A DNA stretch of 40,000 nucleotides, taken from assembly GCF_037146395.1 (NCBI RefSeq), contig NZ_JBBCVP010000004.1; one strand, given 5' to 3'. The position numbers were made by a program, and so were the translations under genes. Under the pieces are notes generated by a model. The model was not told the origin of the DNA. It searched no databases and was given only the letters and a program-made list of their open reading frames with translations. This document shows, piece after piece, positions 34,395 through 40,000 of this stretch. Source of the DNA: Delftia acidovorans (GTDB lineage: Bacteria > Pseudomonadota > Gammaproteobacteria > Burkholderiales > Burkholderiaceae_C). The stretch's first letter is position 1, and every line of letters begins with the position of its first letter.

Positions 34395-34909
34395 AGCTTG
34401 AGGCTCATGAGCACGGCATGCTCGCGCGGGCCGTCGTGCATGGGGTAGTAGTTCTTGCGCAGGCCCACCTCCTGGTAGCCATGCGCGGCGTAGATGCCGC
34501 GTGCGCGGACATTGCTCTCGCGCACTTCCAGCCAGATCCATTGGGCCTTGCGCTGGCGCGCCCACAGGGCCAGCGCGTCCAGCAGGATGCGGGCCCAGCC
34601 CTGGCGCTGGCGCGACGGGGCCACGGTGATGTTGAGCAGGTGGACCTCGTCGAGCACGATCATGGCGACGAAGTAGCCCACCAGTTCGCCCCGGGCATCG
34701 ACCAGCAGCTGCGCTTCATTGCCGGCCGCCATGGCATCGATGAAGTTGCCACGGGACCAGGGATGCGAGTAGGCCTGCTGCTCCACAGGCAGCAGCGTGT
34801 CCAGCCACAGCACGTTCAGCGGCTCGAAGCGCACGCTGTCCCGCTCCGGCGCCGGGGCGTCGATCAGGGGCGGCTGCGGCCGCGAGGGCTGTGGCGTGTG
34901 CGTGCTCAT
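34385..34909 (-). CDS. rimI: ribosomal-protein-alanine N-acetyltransferase
   Basis: 174 aa GNAT protein. Motifs LLNITVAPSRQRQGWARILL and YAAHGY. ATGA overlap with tsaB. Confidence 0.85.
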   Translation of the reverse strand: MSTHTPQPSRPQPPLIDAPAPERDSVRFEPLNVLWLDTLLPVEQQAYSHPWSRGNFIDAMAAGNEAQLLVDARGELVGYFVAMIVLDEVHLLNITVAPSRQRQGWARILLDALALWARQRKAQWIWLEVRESNVRARGIYAAHGYQEVGLRKNYYPMHDGPREHAVLMSLKLWP

Positions 34910-35646
34910 GGTGCGGGAGGGGTGGCCTCTGGAGTGGGCGTGGCCGGGGACAGCGCGGCGGCCGCCTTGGCAGCCTCCCGCTCGGCCGTGGTCTGCGCGA
35001 CTTTATCGCGGATATAGCGCGGCAGGGCCTGGTCGGCCGGCAAGGCGCGGTCGGCCGCCAGCAGGGCCGGGGCCAGGCGCAGCATGGCGGCGGCGGTGGG
35101 CAGGGCGGCCAGGTGGCTGGCCTGGGGCGCCAGGCGCTCGCCGTAGGCGGCCAGGGCGTTGCCGGCCACCACGGTGCCGGTCGGCAGTTGCAGTGCCTCG
35201 GGCGCGCACAGGCCGAAGTCGCCGCTTTGCTCGCCAATGTCGTTCCAGCGGCCGTCGCTCCAGTGGTAGGCGGCGTGGTAGACCTCGTTCATGCGCGCAT
35301 CGATCACGGCGATGAGGTCGGTGCAGCCGTATTGCACACGCGCCTGCTCGGCCACGGCCAGCAGGCTGTCCATGGGCAGCACGGGCACGCGGGCGGCAAA
35401 GGCCAGCCCCTGGGCCACGGAGCAGGCCGTGCGCAGGCCCGTGAACGAGCCCGGACCCCGGCCGAAGACGATGGCCTGCAACTCGGCGAATTCCAGCCCG
35501 GCCTGGGCCATCAGCGCCAGGATGGCGGGGATCAACTGGGTCGAGGTCTGCGGGCCGCCGGGGCCGCTGTGCTCCCAGACGGCATCGCCGCGCTGCACGG
35601 CGATGGAGAGGGTATCGGTACTGGTGTCTAGGGCAAGAAGATTCAT
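34906..35646 (-). CDS. tsaB: tRNA threonylcarbamoyladenosine biosynthesis protein TsaB
   Basis: 246 aa from MNLLALDTSTD. Motif GPGSFTGLR. Carries an Ala/Pro-rich C-terminal tail. Confidence 0.88.
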   Translation of the reverse strand: MNLLALDTSTDTLSIAVQRGDAVWEHSGPGGPQTSTQLIPAILALMAQAGLEFAELQAIVFGRGPGSFTGLRTACSVAQGLAFAARVPVLPMDSLLAVAEQARVQYGCTDLIAVIDARMNEVYHAAYHWSDGRWNDIGEQSGDFGLCAPEALQLPTGTVVAGNALAAYGERLAPQASHLAALPTAAAMLRLAPALLAADRALPADQALPRYIRDKVAQTTAEREAAKAAAALSPATPTPEATPPAP

Positions 35647-35724
35647 GGCTTGGGGCAGGCGGCGGTGCCGCAGCAAGTGCAGGATTATCGGTGCCCCGCC
35701 CGTCCCGCGCCCGGCAGGGCTGCA

Positions 35725-37311
35725 ATGACCGGCGTAGACTTGCCGGCCATGTTGCATCTTTCGCCGTCTTCTTTCTCTATTTCCTCGGTTTCCTCCGCCA
35801 TTTCCTCCGCTTTGCCCTGCGCTTTCTTCCTTGGATCGCCTCGTTCCCGGCGCGCCCTGGCAGCGGCGGCGCTGCTGACGGCGGCGGCCCTGCCCGGCGT
35901 GGCACGCGCCCAGGCCGATGCGCCCACCTCGCCGGCTTCCCTGGCCACCAAGGCGGCGCGCGACAGCCGGCTGCCGCCTGCCGTGGAGGCGGCCCTGGCG
36001 CGCGCCAAGCTGCCGCGCGATGCCGTCTCCGCCCTGGTGGTCGAGGTCGATGGCCGTGCCGCGCCGCGCCTGGACTGGCAAAGCCATGTGGCCATGAACC
36101 CGGCCTCGGTCATGAAGCTGGTCACCACCTATGCGGCGCTGGACCAGCTGGGGCCGGCCCATGTCTGGCGCACGCCCGTCTTCCTGGGCGGTCCGGTGCA
36201 GGACGGCGTGCTGCGCGGGCCGCTGTACATCCAGGGCCAGGGCGATCCCAAGCTGGTGATGGAGCGGCTGTGGCTGATGCTGCGACGCCTGCAGGGCATG
36301 GGCATCAAGCTCATCGTGGGCGACATCGTGCTGGACCGCAGCGCGTTTTCCGTCCCGGCCCACGATCCCTCCACCTTCGACAACGAACCCTGGCGTCCCT
36401 ACAACGTCGCGCCCGACGCGCTGCTGGTCAACTACAAGGCCGTGACCGTGGGCTTCACGCCCGACGCGGCGGCGGGCGTGGCGCGGCTGCAATACGATCC
36501 GCCGCTGGCCGGCATCCAGCAGCAGGAAACCGTGCCGCTGGCGCCGGCCGGCAGCGAATGCGGCGACTGGCGCGCGCGGCTGCAGCTGGACATGGCCGAC
36601 CCGCTGCGCATCGCCTTTGCCGGCCCCTTCCCGGCCAGCTGCGGCGACAAGAGCTGGTCGCTGGCGCCGGCCCAGCCCGAGGCCTTCGCGGCCCGCGCCA
36701 TCGAAGGCATGTGGCGCGAGCTGGGCGGCAAGCTCACGGGCACCGTGCGCGACGGCCGCGTGCCGGCAGGGCTGCAGCCCGCCTTCCAGAGCGAATCGCC
36801 CTCGCTGGCCGAGGTGGTGCGCGACATCAACAAGTACAGCAACAACGTCATGGCCCAGCAGGTATTCCTCACCATGGGCATGCAGCGCACCGGCGTGGGC
36901 AGCTTTGAGGCCTCGCGCCAGGCCCTGGGCCAGTGGTGGCAGGCGCGCTGGGGCGCGGCCGAGCAGCCCGTGGCCGACAACGGCGCGGGCCTGAGCCGCG
37001 AGGCGCGCATCACGGCCTCCGGCCTGGGCCGCATGCTGCAGCAGGCCTGGGCCTCGCCCGTGATGCCGGAGTTCGTGGCCTCCATGCCCATCGTCGGCGT
37101 GGATGGCACGCTGCGCCGCAGCAACAGCCGGGCCCAGGGCATGGCGCACCTGAAGACCGGCACGCTGCGCGATGCCTCGGCCCTGGCCGGCTATGTGGAC
37201 GGGGCCAGCGGCCGCCGCTACGTGCTGGTGGCCATGGCCAACCACGCCAACGCCCCGGCCGCGCGCGCGGCCTGGGATGCGCTGGTGGACTGGACGGCGC
37301 GCGACCGCTGA
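35725..37311 (+). CDS. dacB: D-alanyl-D-alanine carboxypeptidase/endopeptidase (PBP4)
   Basis: Motifs SVMK (SxxK), YSNN (SxN), KTG. Signal-like SRRALAAAALLTAAALPGVARA. The start is uncertain: ATG 35725, ATG 35749 or TTG 35812, because codon bias is atypical before about 35840. Confidence 0.85.
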   Translation: MTGVDLPAMLHLSPSSFSISSVSSAISSALPCAFFLGSPRSRRALAAAALLTAAALPGVARAQADAPTSPASLATKAARDSRLPPAVEAALARAKLPRDAVSALVVEVDGRAAPRLDWQSHVAMNPASVMKLVTTYAALDQLGPAHVWRTPVFLGGPVQDGVLRGPLYIQGQGDPKLVMERLWLMLRRLQGMGIKLIVGDIVLDRSAFSVPAHDPSTFDNEPWRPYNVAPDALLVNYKAVTVGFTPDAAAGVARLQYDPPLAGIQQQETVPLAPAGSECGDWRARLQLDMADPLRIAFAGPFPASCGDKSWSLAPAQPEAFAARAIEGMWRELGGKLTGTVRDGRVPAGLQPAFQSESPSLAEVVRDINKYSNNVMAQQVFLTMGMQRTGVGSFEASRQALGQWWQARWGAAEQPVADNGAGLSREARITASGLGRMLQQAWASPVMPEFVASMPIVGVDGTLRRSNSRAQGMAHLKTGTLRDASALAGYVDGASGRRYVLVAMANHANAPAARAAWDALVDWTARDR

Positions 37312-37334
37312 TCGGGCGCCTTCGCTCCTTCTCC

Positions 37335-37360
37335 AGGGCCTGCTTTCGCAGGCCCTTTTT
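37335..37360 (+). terminator. rho-independent terminator after dacB
   Basis: Perfect 9-bp stem AGGGCCTGC/GCAGGCCCT with a TTTC loop, then TTTT. Confidence 0.8.
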
Positions 37361-37563
37361 CATTGTTTTCCCGTCAAGGACGTTGTCCTACCCACAGGCG
37401 ATGCGTCGGTCCTTATCGTCTGTTCGCCCGCGTGCGAATTGCCTTGTCGGCGTGCGATTCCTATCCGTAGTTGCCCGGTGTCGCCAATGCGCAAGTGTCG
37501 CTACGATGGCTTTATCAAAAAAGCACGGTCGTGCTATTCATAACACTTCACGGAGATTCCATC

Positions 37564-38697
37564 TTGGCAAATCGTTATCGAATCCTCGCGGCCGCTCTGG
37601 CCACGGCCGGCCTGCTGGCCGCTTGCGGCGGCGGCAGCGGCGCCGACACCACTCCCCAGGCCAAGATCACCTCCGTCAAGGTGATGGGCGACAGCCTCTC
37701 CGACAGCGGCACCTTCGGCTACAAGTTCACCGTGCAGAACGCCACGTTGACGGGCGCAGGCTCCAACCAGGTCTGGGCCGAGCGCGTGGCGGGCCTGTAC
37801 AACATCTCCCTGTGCCCGCGTTTCAACGGCACGGCCTTCACGCCCAACACGGCCTGCAACAACTACGCCGTGGGCGGTGGCCGCATCAACTACACCAGCG
37901 CGCCCACGGCACCGATCTCCATCACGCAGCAGATCCTGCTGGCTGGCGCGGCGGGCTTCACGGCCGATGACCTGGCGGTGATCGACGGCGGCGCCAATGA
38001 CGCGGCCGACGTGGTCGGCGCCTTCCTGGCCGCCTCCAGGGACCAGGGTGCGAGCTTCAAGGCACTGCTGTCCACCAAGATCGACGCGGCCACCCTGGGC
38101 GCCCTGCTGCAGCAGGGCCAGACCGGCATGGCCCAGGCCGGTGGCCTGTACATGCAGAACCTGGCCAAGGGCTTCGTCTCCAGCATCCAGGCCAATGTGC
38201 TGGGCAAGGGCGCCACGCGCGTGGCCCTCCTCAACGTGCCCGCCATCACGCTGACCCCGCGCTTCCAACTGGTGCTGCAGTCCGTGGCCCAGCAGCAGGG
38301 CTCTGCCGCCGCCGCGCAGCTGGAGACCGTGTTCGACGGCTGGGTCAAGGCCTTCAACCAGCAGGTCGCGGCCGGTTTCACGGGGGAGAGCCGCGTGGCC
38401 ATCATCGACTTCTACAGCGAGTTCCGCCAGCAGATGGCCACTCCCGCCCAGTACGCCTACACCAACGTGAAAAAGCCGGCCTGCCCCGCCACCGGCGTGG
38501 GTGCCGACGGCCTGCCCACCTACAGCTTCCCGACCTGCACCGAGGCCGCGCTGTCCGCATCCATCCCCGTGGGCGAGACCAGCGCCGACTGGTGGAAGAG
38601 CTATGCCTTCGCCGACAGCTTCCACCCCACACCCTATGGCCACCAGCAGATGAGCCAGCTGGCTTCCCGCACCCTGGCCCGCGTCGGCTGGCTGTGA
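37564..38697 (+). CDS. SGNH/GDSL-family lipolytic lipoprotein
   Basis: About 377 aa from TTG 37564 (GGAG 8 nt upstream). Lipobox LLAAC. Block I motif GDSLSDSG. The longer track ORF has no signal peptide at its start. Confidence 0.8.
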   Translation: MANRYRILAAALATAGLLAACGGGSGADTTPQAKITSVKVMGDSLSDSGTFGYKFTVQNATLTGAGSNQVWAERVAGLYNISLCPRFNGTAFTPNTACNNYAVGGGRINYTSAPTAPISITQQILLAGAAGFTADDLAVIDGGANDAADVVGAFLAASRDQGASFKALLSTKIDAATLGALLQQGQTGMAQAGGLYMQNLAKGFVSSIQANVLGKGATRVALLNVPAITLTPRFQLVLQSVAQQQGSAAAAQLETVFDGWVKAFNQQVAAGFTGESRVAIIDFYSEFRQQMATPAQYAYTNVKKPACPATGVGADGLPTYSFPTCTEAALSASIPVGETSADWWKSYAFADSFHPTPYGHQQMSQLASRTLARVGWL

Positions 38698-38728
38698 CCG
38701 CACAGACGCAGTACGAGGAGACACATCC

Positions 38729-39400
38729 ATGAAGACATTCCTGCGCATCACCGCCGCCATGACCATGGCCACGGCCTGCATGGCCGCCAGCGCCCAGTCC
38801 GCCGGCACCTGGAGCGTGCGCCTGGGCGCCACGCGCATCGATCCCCAGACCAGCAGCGGCTGGCTGAGCACACCCAGCTTCCCCGACACCCGCGTGGACG
38901 TGCAGGCCAACAGCCAGCTGACGGGCGGCGTGACCTACATGGTCACCAACAACTGGGCCATCGACGTGCCCGTGGGCCTGCCGTTCAAGCACGACTTCGT
39001 GGGCGAAGGCGCCATCTCCGGCACGGGCAAGCTGGGCCGCACCAAGGTGCTGCCCGCCACAGTGTTCGCGCAATACCGCTTCGGCGAGGCCAACTCCGCC
39101 TTCCGCCCCTACGTGGGCCTGGGCGTGACCTATGCCAAGTTCTTCGGCGAGCGCACCACCGCCTCCCTCAACGGCCTGACCGGCGGCACGCTGGCCAACC
39201 CCACCACGGCCTCGGTGGACAGCAAATGGGGCCTGACGCCCCAGATCGGCTTCGTCTACAACTTCAACGAGCGCTGGTTCCTGGACGTGGCCTACTACAA
39301 GAGCTTCCTGAAGACCACGGCACACCTGTCCTCGGGCCAGAGCGTGTCGCTCAAGCTGAACCCGAACGTCTACGCCATCGGCATCGGATACCGCTTCTGA
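38729..39400 (+). CDS. ompW: OmpW-family outer-membrane protein
   Basis: 223 aa. Signal peptide ends ...ASAQS. Motifs RPYVGLGVTY and C-terminal IGIGYRF. GAGGAG upstream. Confidence 0.88.
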   Translation: MKTFLRITAAMTMATACMAASAQSAGTWSVRLGATRIDPQTSSGWLSTPSFPDTRVDVQANSQLTGGVTYMVTNNWAIDVPVGLPFKHDFVGEGAISGTGKLGRTKVLPATVFAQYRFGEANSAFRPYVGLGVTYAKFFGERTTASLNGLTGGTLANPTTASVDSKWGLTPQIGFVYNFNERWFLDVAYYKSFLKTTAHLSSGQSVSLKLNPNVYAIGIGYRF

Positions 39401-39419
39401 CAGGTTGCAGTCCCCAAGG

Positions 39420-39447
39420 AAAAAACCAGCCCGCGGGCTGGTTTTTT
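39420..39447. terminator. bidirectional rho-independent terminator between convergent ompW and mmsA
   Basis: AAAAAACCAGCC-CGCG-GGCTGGTTTTTT. The stem is flanked by an A tract on one side and a T tract on the other. Confidence 0.8.
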
Positions 39448-39465
39448 CATGGAGCGGGCCTGCGT

Positions 39466-40000
39466 CTACTTGGCCGTGGGCATCACGAATTCCGCGCCCT
39501 TGGGCGTGCTCTCGGGCCAGCGCTGCATGATGCTTTTCTGGCGGGTGTAGAAGCGCACGCCTTCCTCGCCGTAGGCATGCATGTCGCCGAACAGGCTGCG
39601 CTTCCAGCCGCCGAAGCCGTGCCAGGCCATGGGCACGGGAATCGGCACGTTGATGCCGACCATGCCCACTTCGATGCGGCGGCCGAACTCGCGCGCCACG
39701 TTGCCGTCGCGCGTGAAGCAGGCCACGCCGTTGCCGAACTCATGGTCGTTGACCAGCTGCACGGCCTCGGCGAAGTCCTTGGCGCGCACCACGGCCAGCA
39801 CGGGGCCGAAGATCTCTTCCTTGTAGATGCGCATGTCGGGCGTGACATGGTCGAACAGCGTGCCGCCCAGCCAGAAGCCGCCCGAGGTATCGGTGCCCGT
39901 GGCGGCGCCGGCCGCCTTGCCGTCGAAGCCCCGGCCGTCGACCAGCAGCTGCGCGCCTTCCTTGACGCCCAGGTCGATGTAGCCGCTGATGCGATCGTGC
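39466..40000 (-). CDS. mmsA: CoA-acylating methylmalonate-semialdehyde dehydrogenase, 3' part (5' end outside window)
   Basis: The frame stays open to the window edge (…[23 protein letters not shown]…[13 protein letters not shown]…[27 protein letters not shown]…). The Met at 39834 in the track is internal. Confidence 0.85.
   Translation of the reverse strand, partial: HDRISGYIDLGVKEGAQLLVDGRGFDGKAAGAATGTDTSGGFWLGGTLFDHVTPDMRIYKEEIFGPVLAVVRAKDFAEAVQLVNDHEFGNGVACFTRDGNVAREFGRRIEVGMVGINVPIPVPMAWHGFGGWKRSLFGDMHAYGEEGVRFYTRQKSIMQRWPESTPKGAEFVMPTAK

Overview
This is a high-GC chromosomal segment. Its gene content looks like a Comamonadaceae-type betaproteobacterium: Bug/TctC-family binding proteins, an Omp32-type porin, and a tsaB-rimI-UDG-like cluster. 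I call about 43 protein-coding genes. I found no rRNA, tRNA, CRISPR array, transposase, integrase or recognisable defence genes. All family assignments come from motifs read by eye in the supplied translations. No database search was possible. In order, the window contains: the 3' end of an unknown gene; gapA flanked by two paralogous small Cys/His proteins; a CsaA-like tRNA-binding protein; a LysR / M20 amidohydrolase / Bug binding-protein unit; an aldo/keto reductase; fadD; a TetR unit with a dehydrogenase and an MFS pump; a cupin / alpha-beta hydrolase / IclR / NadX-like operon; mtnN; a roughly 0.9 kb non-coding block of structured inverted repeats; an apparent 12-gene, 12.4 kb catabolic operon; a LysR / HAD / DSD1-type PLP dehydratase / RidA unit; corA; tsaB-rimI-UDG-like; dacB; a GDSL lipoprotein; ompW; and the 3' part of mmsA. 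The 12-gene operon encodes SDR, IclR, an atypical SDR, a ThDP enzyme, an aldehyde dehydrogenase, a VOC dioxygenase, a Bug binding protein, a 73-aa protein, a Rieske oxygenase, a PDR-type reductase, a porin and an MFS transporter. The best candidates for something undescribed are: (1) the 12-gene operon, whose substrate I cannot assign; (2) a shared split palindrome, TTGTTTYA-N23-TRAAACAA, that links this operon to the NadX-like operon 5 kb upstream; (3) the small protein pair around gapA; and (4) the inverted repeat pair, which shows compensatory hairpin substitutions and has a heptanucleotide microsatellite at its centre. The many long antisense ORFs in the track are typical high-GC artefacts and were rejected.
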